Shown here: positions 36,911-50,334 of the stretch, piece by piece | Layout: each line of letters starts with the position of its first letter | How positions within the stretch are numbered: position 1 is the first letter of the stretch | Assembly (NCBI RefSeq): GCF_018977255.1 | Contig: NW_024704743.1 | Span: 13,890,001 to 13,954,000 of the forward strand | DNA: 64,000 bases | Origin: Callorhinchus milii | Taxonomy: Eukaryota | Direction: 5' to 3' | Made by a program: the position numbers and the translations under genes | Notes under the pieces: model-generated | What the model was told of the DNA's origin: nothing | The model's database searches: none | Seen by the model: only the letters and a program-made list of their open reading frames with translations

Positions 36911-38358
36911 GAACATATATGTACACTGCAGATAAACCGAAAATGGATTATACAGATGTCACTGGATACCATTGAATCTGTGGGAACTAATCTCAACTAT
37001 CTTCTAACATCTTCTAACTTCTATCAAGATGCTTTTGTAAACCAGGAAGGTAAAGCGTGAATTGTTTGTCTGAGGGCAGTAACAGTCTTGCAACATAATT
37101 TTTATAGAATTTACAAAGATTTCTTGTTTTAGCAGTTATTAAATGGTTGATTTTTATAGAGGATATGTTAAAGGGTACAGAACAAAGAATGGAAGTGGAG
37201 TATATAGCCTCCTGTGCTGTAAACTTTCCATGATTCTGGGAAATAAGAAGCAGAGTGAATCAAGCAAGATTTGACAAGCAGCAATATTACTGATGAAATT
37301 GCATTAGGTTAATTGAATGATGGAAGCGACTATCAAAGTATGTGTAAGCAAATGGTACATAAATAACTGCTGCAATTCATATAATTTGAGATAACTTTGT
37401 ATAAAAATATTGCTGGAGTTTTCAAGTAGTATGCTTTTTTTGTGAACTTTGAGCACATCAAATTAAAGCAATGAATGGAACATTTAGTTATTTTAAGAAC
37501 CACTGAGATTGAAATTGCTTAATCAGTTTTCATTTAGGACCATTGATAAAATGGAGCGCAGACTTCCAATCCATCAGTCTGGGCTGAATTCAAACCTGGG
37601 TCCTGGAGGTGAAGTGGCAATAATCCAAACATGTTTTCACCCAATTTCCTAGATGTTTTAATATATAAAAATAAATCAGTCTACTGCTTGTTCTCTCAGC
37701 TACAGGATGCATGTAGCCTTAGGAAACGGAAGGGGGGATGGGAAGAATTGTAAATGCAGTTAACAGACTATATAGTATAAAATAACATTGTCACATCGCT
37801 AATATGTATGACAGGACCGCTTAACACGTAGCAGTGCAGCTGCAAGAGGGTTTTATTTTCTGTTACATTTCATATAGTTCACATCAAAGTGAAGTTTAAC
37901 AGGGGGCACCCACTCATGGATTAGGTTTCAAAATTTTTTTTTTTCAGGTGAGTCCTAAAATCTAATCTTTATCAGAAACACAGGAATGTCCAGGACTGGA
38001 AAAGACCATTGTAGTCCATCTGGCCCATTCCCAAAGGAATACATGATTCTGTACTAGTTATACCTTTCATTTGAATTATTCATCAAATGGTTATCAAATT
38101 CTTTCTTGAATTCACTGACAATCTATCTCCAAAACTGTTCCAGGTAGCCCATTACACACACTGCTAACTTTCTGTGTAAAATAATTAAATCTGAACTGTC
38201 TGTTTAGCTTCCCCTTGTGACAAATGTTTCCATCAAAATTAAGATTAGAGCCTTACTCTACTTTGAAAAATCAGCACATTGTACATCAATTGGTCAATCG
38301 GTTTAATAAATTCATTCATTCATAGTTAATAATCATAATGTAGTGTGCTTAATCTCAC

Positions 38359-38445
38359 CGTGGACCGAGAATCTTCCCGCTCTAATATTTTCTGCGTCTG
38401 ATCTGCTGGAAACTTCAGCACAGTAGTTATAACTTTTGCCAATGT
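38359..38445 (-). CDS. GOLGA4: GOLGA4 GRIP-domain exon 2 (87 nt): TLAKVITTVLKFPADQTQKILEREDSRST
   Basis: tttttgtattccag|ACA acceptor, ACG|gtgaga donor. Nearly identical to human TMAKVITTVLKFPDDQTQKILEREDARLM. Confidence 0.97.
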
Positions 38446-40289
38446 CTGGAATACAAAAAGGCAATGAAATTCTGAAAATGCAACAATTTTTACAACAATC
38501 ACTCGAATTTATATAGACCCTTCAGGCAGGTAGCGACTGAGGGCTTCAGACACTAGTCCTGCTCAACACGCTTCACTTTTAAAAAAGACATGACACATAA
38601 AATATATCGAGGGTTTCCAGTCTTAGAATGAAACAAGTCAGCTATCTACTTGAAACCCTAAACTCTCAATCGAGTAGTCACAGTTACTGAAGCAGTTTAC
38701 TGAGGAAGGATGAAGATCTTCCTAGAACAATCCCCTTGAAAATTGCAATCATAAATTGTCATCCAACACAGGCAACTGTTTTAAAGCACATTGCAGAATG
38801 TTGGTGTTTATGTACACAAAGTTAAAAGGATAGTTTGTTGATCAGGATCTGGATTTATGTAACTTGTTATATAAACATTGTATGTGTGTTAATTCCAGTA
38901 AGTTATTAAGTTGTGAGAATTCTCCAGACCAACTGAAATTTGACCATAATCAGGTATTAATAATTGCTTTCAGGTTTTTCAAGCATATCCTGGGAAACAA
39001 GCCTTTTCCAGATGTTACAACCAATAAAACTGCTTTCAGCAAGTATGACTTCCCTTTTATTGGTAAAACAGATCACAATTAATTTATACAAAAAAAACAC
39101 TACAAATGAAGACTGAACATCACTATAAATATGCACTGATTTTTCAATGAGGATAGGATCATTAAACCGTCAGTGTAAAAGGACTGAACAAATAAACCGA
39201 TCTCCAAATCTTGCTTTGAAGTCATAACAAACATTAGTAAAATTTTATAGAAGACTGAAAAGCTAAATACGAGGGAAAAAAGTTTCAGTTGTTGAACATC
39301 CAAGTACAGACACAGCTACCCCAAAAGTTCAATCTCTAGATATAGAAAACAGATTGGCAATCATGATTTGAGCAAACACACACAAAAATGAACAAATAAA
39401 CCTTGATCAAGGTATGGAGGGGATTAACCTGCGGAGTCACTATGTGGAAGGGAATTTTATTTAATCTAACGTGAGAATTTCTCTTGCTTAAGTCATTTAC
39501 AAAATGCACCTATTATGGAAAAATGTTAATGGTACGGTAGCAGCATTAATGACGTTCACAGATTTCACAACTTGCAAAAAGAATCTGATCTCGTTAGTTA
39601 GAATTTTTTCTTAAAAAATTGGTTAGACTTCCAAAGTACTGAGGAGATGAAGTGATGATAACTTTCTTTCCATTGGACACTTGTGGTTTTGGACAACCTG
39701 CTTTACCAATCGATTCAATTTGCTGAGCCTCCAGCAGTCTTACTTTGCTGATGAACTTCATCCCTGCGGTGTTGCCTAACCAGAGGTCACAACACATCAG
39801 TGAGAGAACTGCTGAATATTGTAGCTTGCCAACTAGCCTGCGGTACTGACACTGGAGAGTTCCCATTATATACACACATTATCAAAGTTCACTGAAACCT
39901 ACTACTTGCAGATCATCCCCACCACTGAGTCACAAAAAGAGCCGTGGGGCAGGCTCAAGAATTCTCTATTTGTGTTAAAGTTGTTAAATCTGACCACATT
40001 TAATTGATGTGAAATGAATGGCTGGTATTACTCACAATGAAACATATATACAAAATAAGGCACTGGAGTAATGAGACATTTTAAACTGTGCCAAAAACTA
40101 TACTTCACAAGAGATGTCATGTGTATTAAAAACCAAGATATGCAACAGCTGTAAAGAAAACACATTCCCAAATAACTCTTATCCATGCATAATCTTCCAC
40201 ATATGGTAGCCATGCAATGTTCACTATCAGCACGTCACGCATTAACTCCTAAGCTCCTATGCCTGTGTCCTCCCCTGCACATGTGAGTT

Positions 40290-40690
40290 TATCACCCGTT
40301 CTCAAGTTCAAGGTTCTTGTTTGCACCTTTAAATCTCCCCACCGTCTCGCCCTACCCTGCCTCTGTGACCTCCTTTCCCCAACTGACCTGGCCACTCCCT
40401 TCGCTCGGCGAGCACTGGCTTCATGTCCCCCAATGTATCCACCCTACCATCAGCAGACGGGATTGCAGTCATTCTGCCCTTTGTTTGGAATTAATTCTTA
40501 ATTCCCCGACTTGCTCCCGCCATCCCTCCTATCAAAGCCTGTCTCAAAATGTACCTCTTTGACCTGCTTTTCATCATCTTTCCTCCCTCTCGACCCCCTT
40601 TGGCTCATACCCCCAGTTCAGGTGCCCATCCAGCACCCTGAAGTGTGTTGTGTCATGCTCTGATGTGAAAGACGCATGATAAATTGTATT
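40290..40690 (+). mobile_element. Degraded L2 3' fragment
   Basis: KFKVLVCTFKS..PCLCDLL; L2-type tail. Confidence 0.7.
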
Positions 40691-41469
40691 GTATGCTAGC
40701 TGTTAATTATATTTTAAAGAAACTTAGTCTTCAAAGTTAAAAACGTAACATATCAATGATATACCTACTAAAGAAAAACAGCACACCACAATCAATTACT
40801 TAAACCCCATGTAAAAATCTCATACGGGGTGGGGGGAGAGAGCCCCAATGCAGCTCAGCAATGGAATGACTTAAGAAACTGTAAAAACAAAATCAATGGC
40901 ACACATTACCTAACTTTGCTGATTTGTTGCTGATGGGGAAATTTAATGCCATGCAAAAGAAATGTACTTGAAAAATATGCCCTTTAAAAGACAGCATTGT
41001 CAAAACAGAATCTCTAGAAAGGTAATGCAGTCCTCAGCTAAGATGCATTTGAGTAAATTATTTGGACATGTGAAAATTCTCTGGATTCCATAGGAGACAT
41101 ATGAATTGAATGAAGTCACAGCACACTTGAAATTGGAATGTTGCTAACAGGTTCCTTCAAACACTATGAACAAATTCTTGTTGATGCACTCAATCTAAAC
41201 CATATGCACATTATTTTAACTGTTAAAAAAATTTAATTTTCTGTGGAATATGCTCCTCTGAATAGCATCATTACATTTATGAAAGCAAAGGGCAACCACA
41301 CTGTCATTCTGGTCCAACATCTTAGAGATCTTGTAATAACAAAGCACCAAAAAATTCAACATCTGTGTTTGCAGATGTCTGCTCACATCACTTCCTGTGC
41401 GTAACTCATGTCATGGGTGTGAACACCATGTGCAGGAGGTGCCACTGATGTCACTTCCTGTATGTAGCA

Positions 41470-42630
41470 TAAACAACAATAAGATTACATTTGTATAGCG
41501 CCTTTCACTATACTTTCACTATACTTGGGAGGACGTCCCAAGGCGCTGGACAGTGTACAGCATTTCAGACCCGAGCTGGGGTCAGGGGGGGAGAAGGGAG
41601 GGGGATGACCGATGGCTTGGTCGAAGAGGAGGGTTTTGAGACGGGAGGCTAAGGAGGGTGTGAGGCGGAGTGATTGAGGGATGGAATTCCAGAGGTTGGG
41701 GGCAGAGTGACTGAAGGCTCTCCCACCAATGGTGGGGCGGGTGGGTCAGGGACGTGGAACAGGCCAGAGCCGGCTGAGTGGAGGGAGCGGGCGGATTGGT
41801 AGGGGGTTAGGAGGTCGCAGAGGTAGGGTGGGGTGAGGCCATGGAGGGCTTTGTAGGTGAGGACCAGGATTTTGAACTGGATCCTCTGAAGGATATGGAG
41901 CCAGTAGAGTCGGGCGAGAATGGGGGAGATGGGGTCACGGAGTTTGGTGCGGGAGAGGACACGGGCTGCAGAGTTTTGGATTATCTGCAGCCTGTGGAGG
42001 GAGGAGTTGGGAAGGCCGACAAGCAGAGCGTTTGCATAGTCGAGCCTGGAGGTGATGAAGGCATGAACAAGAGTTTCAGTGGCCTGAGGGGTGAGGTAGT
42101 GGTGGAGTCGGGCGATGTTACGGAGATGAGGGAAGGCAGAGCGGGTCATGGCTTGGATGTGGGGAAGAAAAGACAGTTGAGGGCTGAACAAGACACCGAG
42201 GTTCCTGACTGGTTTGGTGAGTTGTAGTGTGCAACCATGGAGGTTGATGTTGCCAGAGCCTGAGCTGCAGAGGCACTGGCGTGAGCCAATCAGGAGGGCC
42301 TCAGTCTTGTTCACATTCAACTGTAGGAAATTTGCCCTCATCCAGGACTTGATGTCCGACAGGCAGTCTGTCAGGACAGCAGTGGTCCTGGAGCTGAGGG
42401 TGGAGGCAGAAAGATGTCATCAGCATACATTTGGAAGTTGACCCCATGTCTGCGGATGATGTCACTAAGGGGAGCATGTAGATATTAAAGAGGAGAGGGC
42501 CAAGGACAGAGCCCTGGGGGACGCCAGGTGTGACAGTGCGGGTGCTGGAGGAGAAACCGTTGGAGCCAACAAAGTGGAGACGGTGAGAGAGATAGGAATC
42601 GAATCAGGCAAGGGCAGGTCCACGAAGATT
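41470..42630 (-). mobile_element. L2-clade LINE 3' ~1.15 kb
   Basis: 230-aa [66 protein letters not shown]; tail at ~41470. Confidence 0.94.
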
Positions 42631-43526
42631 AAGTAAAGAGGAGATTAAGTAAATAGTAAATCAAGTGACATAAGTGACACTATTGGTACTTCCTGTGGAT
42701 CGTACACAGGAAATTAGTTCAATGAAGCTTGCAATATGTAGTGCGCAAAACGCTGGAAGTAATGTCACTGGGTGTACTGTATCTTTTCTATTTCACACTG
42801 GACTTAAGCCCAAACATGAGAGGTGTGTTCTACCAGGGCTGCCATCTAACATGTACAAAAGGTTTGACCTAAAAATACATTTTTGAACAAGAAAAATGAG
42901 GTTCAAAATGTCAGCAGATGATATCACAGATGATAACATACCATAATTTTAGAGATCTAGAGGATATGCAACAGGATAGTAAGTAAGCTTAAATACTGTA
43001 CTACTTTTAGATATGTCTAGAAGGCAGAAAAAGAGGTCACATGTTCAAAGATGGACATACTATTGCAAAGTTTTTACATGGGCTGCTTTTGTGTATATAC
43101 GGATTGTCAGCTATTAGGCCAATACCGCGTTACATGAGTAATTCACAGACCAGCTGTACGAGTGTTATAACCACCAGGTGATCTTGTTATCATTAAATAT
43201 TCTGCTTACACTACTTCTTACATTATCAATTTTTTTAAAAAATGCAAGTATTATCAAGCTGAAATAATGTCACAAATGACTGATACGTTAAACATGGTAA
43301 TGCTATCTCTCTCAATAGCCATTTACAGTTCGAGGTCATTGTCACTCAAATATTGTAAGAGAATATTTCAAAAAAATTAGCTGAAAAAAGGATTTAAAAT
43401 AAAACAAGTACCTTTTATGTAAATACCTTTCAATTTGTTTTAGAAAGCATAAATTCAATGGGACACTGTAACTATACAAGTCTCTGCATGTATGTGCATT
43501 CAGAAACGCTTCCAGTGGTGCCATAC

Positions 43527-43627
43527 CTTAGTTTCCTTTCCCATCATGTATTCATAAAGCACTTTCTTTAAATATTCCAATTCTGTCGGCTCAGTTATCA
43601 TGGAGCCATCGGCATTGAAACTTACAT
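43527..43627 (-). CDS. GOLGA4: GOLGA4 GRIP-domain exon 1 (101 nt): (D)VSFNADGSMITEPTELEYLKKVLYEYMMGKETK
   Basis: aaacag|AT acceptor (phase 1), AAG|gtatgg donor. GRIP signature EPTExEYLxKVLxEYMMGxETK includes the conserved Arl1-binding Tyr. Confidence 0.96.
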
Positions 43628-44084
43628 CTGTTTATGAACACAGAGAGACAGACATCAATGAAAACATTTAAATCCAAAAATTACAACTATTTCAGTCAAT
43701 TTTTTTTTGTCAGCCAAAAAACACGGGGGTCAGCGGGTGTCAAACACATGTGGAAATCTATCACAATGCTTAGAGTATTCAAACCAAATAGAGCTCCATG
43801 CATCACACCTAAACATGGAAATCCCAGAGAAATTTGTTGGAATGGAGTGTGCACTCTTTCCTTGAAGGGGAACATCCTGCTTACCTAATTCTAGAAAGTT
43901 TCTCCAATTTCTATCCATAAGTAGCACCTGGTATCCAATGAATTGCATGCCCCTGACATCCTTCCTTCAATGGGTTGCAAAAACTAGACAATTGCAGCTT
44001 AATTCCTGATTTATCCAGGTTTAGCATTACCCGTTTGCTTTTATACTCTTATGCTCCTATTGATATAACCTAGCATTTCATTAG

Positions 44085-44375
44085 AGGGGGAAGGAGAGGT
44101 GGGGGAAGAGAGGCGGGGGGGGGGGGGAGAGAGGCGGGGGGGGGAGAGAGGCGGGGGAGGGAGAGAGGCGGGGGGAGAGAGAGGCGGGGGGGAGAGAGAG
44201 GCGGGGGGGAGAGAGAGGCGGGGGGGGAGAGAGAGGCGGGGGGGGAGAGAGAGGCGGGGGGGGAGAGAGAGGCGGGGGGGGAGAGAGAGGCGGGGGGGGG
44301 GAGAGAGAGGCGGGGGGGGGGGGGGGGGGGGAGAGAGAGGCGGGGGGAGAGAGAGGCGGGGGTGGAGAGAGAGAA
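44085..44375. repeat. G-rich minisatellite, ~18-bp unit GAGAGAGGC(G)n
   Basis: Directly visible; lies between a CR1 remnant (~43840-44085, -) and an L2 remnant (~44400-44880, +). Confidence 0.95.
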
Positions 44376-44909
44376 AGAACCCATTCATCGCTTCGCCACA
44401 TGCTGCATAGGTTTTTCAAAATGCACTGCTTACGAGATCCACCATTCACAAGTTGCAACTCATGCACAACTCCACCTCCTGCATCCTGACCCATACCAAA
44501 ACTCTGCATGACATCACCTGGTTCCCTCACCAGTCTCCACTATCTTCCTGTCTCCCAGTGGATCAATTTCAAGATACTCACCCTCACTAGGACCTGAGCT
44601 GGGGGTTGGCATCAGGACAGGTGGAGGGCAGGGAGGGTGGAAGGGGAGTGAAATAGGAGCATGACCGAATGCCCTCGTCACGACCATCGGTGGCCGAACC
44701 TTCAGTTCCTACACCCCTAACCTCGGCAACTCCCTCTACACTCCACCTACCCCTTCTCGTTTTGTCTACCTCAAACCCTACCTCTTCAAATGTGCCTATG
44801 GCCCTCTCTCCAATCTTGTCCTAGTAAAACACTTTGAGACAATTCCCTACGTGAAGAATAAAATAGAAATATGAGTAGTTGTAAAACTGAATGATCTTTT
44901 TAATCTTAC

Positions 44910-44985
44910 CTCTGAATGGTGTCCCTAGCGGTGACATATAGGAACTCTTTTCATAGGTTCTAAGCTGATCCTCAAGTGAATGAAT
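44910..44985 (-). CDS. GOLGA4: GOLGA4 internal exon (76 nt): IHSLEDQLRTYEKSSYMSPLGTPFR(D)
   Basis: ttcttccag|ATT acceptor, G|gtaaga donor; preceded by a 114-nt intron. Matches human IHNLEDRLKKYEKNVYATTVGTPYK. Confidence 0.95.
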
Positions 44986-45099
44986 CTGGAAGAATCCAGG
45001 AAAAGTAATCGAATGAGTGTGCATCTGTAGAAACTAATCTCATTTAATGTTTGTGGTGACAGAAAATGCTCAATTGGGGAACAAATCATTTGCCTTTAC

Positions 45100-45168
45100 C
45101 TGTTCTCCGAACTCCTGTTCTTTGAGCCGGGCATCATTAAGGAGTGTAGTCTTCTGTGCCAGATGCGC
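45100..45168 (-). CDS. GOLGA4: GOLGA4 internal exon (69 nt): AHLAQKTTLLNDARLKEQEFGEQ
   Basis: tcttccag|GCG acceptor, CAG|gtaaag donor, phase 0/0. Matches human TQLAQKTTLISDSKLKEQEFREQ. Too short for the ORF track. Confidence 0.95.
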
Positions 45169-47018
45169 CTGGAAGATCAAACAGAAGTACTGAAACACCA
45201 ACAAGATTTCACTCCAAATTACAAATGTGAGATTTCAAATGTTGCACCCGACTTTCTGACAAAAACATTACCAATGGACTTTAAATACCACCTATATTAC
45301 ATTGGCATTGAAATCCAGATATTTTCTACCAAGTAATTCACTTTATAGTGTATTCTGTGAAGCGCTTTGAGACATCTAGAAGATGTGAAAAGCGCTATAT
45401 CAAATGCAAGGATTATTATTATTATCATTAATATATTAATTTAAGCTCTAGGCCTTTCCAATCTTGGTTACCTTAGTTTTGTACACTTCCATCATGTTGT
45501 ACTAGATGGCAAGAGCTGTGAAAAGGAGGCATTCATTTCAGCATAACGAACTGGGGGCAAGCAGCAGGTTCTGAAGACTAGCGGTGAAGCTGTGCAATGT
45601 AGGGTGACAAAACAATCTACTTGCACAGTCCACTTTCACAATAGTTTTCCACCATTTTAATGTTTTAACTATTCTTATATGGTTAAACTTTTCATAATAT
45701 CAACATTTTTCATTTCCCCTGAATTTCTTCCATTTCTCCATCCAGCCTTTCCTGAGGATACTTGCTTCTTTTTCTTCTCATTGGATATGGACACCGGCTA
45801 ACTACAGGAGCTAGCACCGCTGCTAGCCCCAATTCTTTATCTCAAAATGAATGCCTCATTTTGACAGTGCTTGCCATCTAGTGGAATAACTGGAAAATGA
45901 TGGAAAGTGAAACTGAGGTAACTTTACCGTAAGATTATTCATGCACAAAACTTGACAGACTTGACAGCCTATTCAATGGAGGGCAGGCACCAATCACAGC
46001 CAAGTGCACATCCTGAACACATACTTTCCTGCAGGGGCTCAATATTAGTGATCAGGAACAGGAAACCTGGTAGATTTTCCCCTCTAAAACTTAGGCCAAT
46101 TGAAGCACCTTAAGTAATGCCCTAAGCTGCTACCTCAGGCCAAACAGGGATTTGAGCCTGAGACTTTCTCAGCTGGCTGACCTCGTGCTCCCCTGCCTTT
46201 ACCCACAAGGTCAACGGAAGAGCTAACTCATACACATCCTTGACGCAATAACTGCAAATGGGACACTTTGCACAACAGTGGCAAAACATCGTTAAAATAT
46301 ATTTCTCAAACATTGTTAATTGCTCATGGGTACGGGTAACTGAGAAGGAATCTAAGGAACAGATTTAGGTGAAACAGAGGTGTCAAGTCACTCAGACTTT
46401 TAGGAATGTTAATAAAGAATTGTAGAATTTAAATTTAAGGCAACAGCATGTTTCCACACAATATAAGAAGCAGCTATTTTTCCAGCAAGCCCTGAATCAT
46501 TTTCCTTTGAATGTTTAAAAGTGGATATGAGCTTGTTAATTTAGACATACAAGTAGATTGCAGGAAATACAATCTGCTAATTAAACACGTCACAAACATG
46601 TAAAGCAACTTTCATATCAAGAGGATCATCTAGAAAGCACTTGTCACAACTGGTGAGTTGTTATTCTAGCACTATTCTATTTAACTTCAAACTCTATAGA
46701 AAATCAAGGAGTTTAAGAGTAAAATCACATTAGATTCCCACAAAAACACAAAGAAATTGAATTTCACAACGCATTGAATTGCAGGAAACGAAGTCTTGAC
46801 TCGTCAACTCATGCACACCTACCGGCTGCATTGAATTACACATTCGCAATGTAGATCATTGATTATATGATGTATACAAGATTGCCTGCAACTCAAGACT
46901 TTGCTGAATCACATTAAATGTTATGGTCCCGACTGAGTTTTATGTGAGTTTTATGGTATTGTGCTTTACCACATCAGTGAGAGTCATCAAAACAAAATTC
47001 AGGTACTGTCAATCTCAC

Positions 47019-47048
47019 CTGCAATTCTGTCACTGTAAATGGATGGTC
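47019..47048 (-). CDS. GOLGA4: GOLGA4 30-nt microexon: DHPFTVTELQ
   Basis: Strong polypyrimidine tract ending tttggtttcccag|GAC; donor CAG|gtgaga; phase 0/0. It supplies the segment equivalent to human VTIMELQ, which is otherwise missing between the flanking exons. Confidence 0.85.
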
Positions 47049-48916
47049 CTGGGAAACCAAAAAAAAAAAGGAAATAAAAATTCTAACATAGCTTATGACA
47101 CAATTATTCTTGAATTCCTTGTCAATGGTTTCTGGATTCATTGTATAATAGACATATGGAAATAATTTATCCCAGCACAATTTCTCACACAATGAAAAAA
47201 TCCAACTTAATTCTGGAAAGATGTCAGAAAATTCATCATTTAATTAAAGACACACATTTACTATAGCAAAAGTCAAAAGACATGAAAGAGGCAGATATTC
47301 AAAGACTATGATTAGTTTAAAAGGCAACAAATGTCCAAATGAACTATCATAACTAATATAAATACAAGTTATAAGTATAACTAATATTAGATATTTCACG
47401 CAAAGTTTAGGCAAATTAACATAATGCTTCTCCATCTGGTGGAGCTATGACATCATGCATGCTCAGATCAGACCACGATACACGCAGCAAAAGACTGTAA
47501 ATCATTCGTGCACAAAATAAAATTGGCTTTGTAGATTTGTTTCAGGTCATAAAAATCTATGTTATCTTATACACAGATTTAAAAAAACATAAACAATGAG
47601 CTTAGAACTTTAAATTAAACCCCGCTGGCAGAATCAAATAACAATTGAGGTATGGAGGTGAAACTAAACAGCAATCTTAAGTGTGGCTTAAACCAGATGC
47701 TGCTTTCACATAACTTTTTGGGAGAAATCCAAAAAGGCAACAGATCACTTTGAAAGACAAAAAACATTGGAAGCAGATAAGCCAAAACGGATTGTAGGAA
47801 AACAGAGGGTGAGATGGTACACAGAAACATTCCAAGTTGGAGTCTCTCTCGTTGATTGGGAGTCTCTCTCGTTGACTAAGTGTAAGTCATGGCAATCTTA
47901 GGTTTCTTTTGTGAAGGGTCTTTTAACTTATTTCAGTTTTATTAACTGCCAGTCAGCCTACTTTGCAGTCAGTTTGCTTTAACAACACATTTTACAACTA
48001 CTCAAATTATAAAAACAGATAGTTGAAGTTAGAGCATATATACCCACATTTTAGAGTAGTTGTGTGAATTTTTCTTGCATTAAGTGATATTTTACTGGAA
48101 AATTAAAAGCAAAACTACTTCAAATATTTATCTGAATTCCAATATGCCATGCGTTACTACTTTTTTTGGACAGAGGCTCACACAGAGTTTACCTTTAAAA
48201 AGTATCAGTTGGGAAAATCTTTCATTTGGCCACAAAGAATGCAGATTTTGCACTTCTTTGCCAGATAGTATCTTAAAATTTAAAAAATAAACATTTTAAG
48301 TGACACAGTCATGACAACTGGAAATCCCCAAAATGATTTTGTCAACTATGTCCCAAACCAAGATAGTACTAAATCAGTTTTGCAAAGGTTAGAGGGAGAA
48401 ACCATTCTCCAGATATATTTTGGAGGAGGCTAGGTGGCAATCCCAAACCCGTATCTAAGGGATAGATTAAGGACACAAAACAACAGCAATATATCCAGTC
48501 ACACCACTTTCAGTGTAACCTGTGAAGCTCTGAGACATCTTAACAAGGTGATAAGGCGCTCTATCAAATGGAAGAATTATTATTTATTATTATACCATAT
48601 TTTCCTCCTTCCAAATTCTACCATCTCGAGTACAGAGTCTTGTGACCCATTGTAGAAGGGATACATGAGCCACATAAAGGCTGTAGTGTACATTCACAGG
48701 AAGATAGAAGGTAAAGACGGAATCTAATAGACGTCTTAATAATTGTGAAAGGTCTTGAGAAGACTAATATTAGAAACATATCCCCATTAGTATATGAAAA
48801 AAAAACAAGAGGGCATAAACTCAGAGATTAAAATGGAAGAGGTTAAAACGTTGAGGGCTATTAGAATATAAAAAATTTGGCCAAACGATTAGAAAAGATA
48901 GTTTCAGTGGCGGAAG

Positions 48917-49205
48917 TAATAATAAATAATAATAATCCTTGCATTTGATTTAGCGCTTTTCACGTCTTCTAGAGAATATACTGTAAAGTGAATTGACTGT
49001 ATATTTGTGGGCAAAACGTGGCAGCCAATTGCGCACAGCAGTGTCCCACAAACAGTCGTGGATTGAAGTGACCAATATTATTATTGTTTTTTTTCTTGAG
49101 GGACTATTATCAGGCGTGTGGAGTAAGGAAACTTGCCCAAGGTTTCACCCTGCCAGGAATCAAACCCAGGTTTCTTGCTTGCGAACCACTGAGCTACAGG
49201 ACTTC
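48917..49205 (-). mobile_element. SINE family A, near-full copy
   Basis: Same motifs on the minus strand; small deletions in head and tail. Confidence 0.85.
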
Positions 49206-49670
49206 TGCAGTAAAGGTAGCAGCAAAGGCTCACAATATCTTCAGCACGTTAAGCGTTTCTAAAACAAAACGCTAATTTATTGAAACTAGAGAAACAAATT
49301 CCTATGAAATACTGTTTTTGGATAAAACAAAGGGTCAACTTTTTTAAAAAAAACACAGGACGTTGAAGGAATTTTAACTCCAAATGTTCTGATATATGTA
49401 GCATCAAGTTATGCTTGACTTGGATCCATTCATCCTCTAAATGTTAAATAGATCTACATAACGTATCATGTGATCCACAGTTGATAAGATTATATGCAAG
49501 GTCAACACAGGTTACAGGCAATGGAATTAAAAGTATTAGAGCTGCCATGATTTAATAAATGCTGCAGCTAGCTCAATGAGCTGAGTAATCCAATCCTGTT
49601 CTCCTGTTGGTCAGAATTCTCATTATTCTTTATAGTTTAATACTAATTTACAACAACAAAAGCCTCTCAC

Positions 49671-49784
49671 CTGCTCTACACTCGGATTCTCCTCACCAAA
49701 CACTAACAGCTGATGTTGGGTTTGTAGTTCTTCCAGCTGCTTCTGAACCTCCGTAACTTTGGCAGCCATTTCTTCTTCTCGAGA
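49671..49784 (-). CDS. GOLGA4: GOLGA4 internal exon (114 nt): SREEEMAAKVTEVQKQLEELQTQHQLLVFGEENPSVEQ
   Basis: ttttcttttcag|TCT acceptor, CAG|gtgaga donor, phase 0/0. Matches human AREEEMTAKVRDLQTQLEELQKKYQQKLEQEENP. Confidence 0.95.
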
Positions 49785-50203
49785 CTGAAAAGAAAAAACG
49801 AAATGTACTGGCAAATTTAAATTATAGATTGGGGATAAAAATCAAACATCGATGGAGAGGTCAACATCTAGTTTCAAAGCAGCTGGAACTGGCTATTGCC
49901 ACGTTGACTGTTGAATTATTGGCAGATGCAGCTATCAACACAGAGGCAAAGTTGTTTCTTACCCACGTTTCCCTAATGCTGGCCATAGTTGGCGTTTTAC
50001 CTTAAACAGTAAGGAAGGTGCTCAGTGGATAGCGAGAGCCTTCTTCCTGATCTTGAGTTCTGGAGCAGATATCTTATGAATTCTAACAGACTTCCTTCTT
50101 AAGGAATTTTGTTCTAAATGTCCACATTTTAGACTCCACTAAAAATAAAGGTGGCACTGAGAACAATTAACGACAATTATCTCACAGCAGTGCCTTTACA
50201 TAC

Positions 50204-50334
50204 CTGCAAAAGTTCTTCGTATTTTTTTGCAGTCTTTTTTAGATCATCCTCCTTTTCAGATATCTTTCGATACAACTGATTTACATCCTCCTTGTGGATT
50301 TCCATTAACTCAGCCTCCACCTCTTGAGCTTTGC
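50204..50334 (-). CDS. GOLGA4: GOLGA4 internal exon (131 nt): (S)KAQEVEAELMEIHKEDVNQLYRKISEKEDDLKKTAKKYEELLQ
   Basis: tcccag|GC acceptor, CAG|gtatgt donor, phases consistent. Matches human KAQEVEAELLESHQEETNQLLKKIAEKDDDLKRTAKRYEEIL. Confidence 0.96.

Noticed and set aside
47836..47876. ~20-bp tandem duplication (ggagtctctctcgttga x2)
   Set aside because: Ordinary slippage duplication; not an array and no sign of function.
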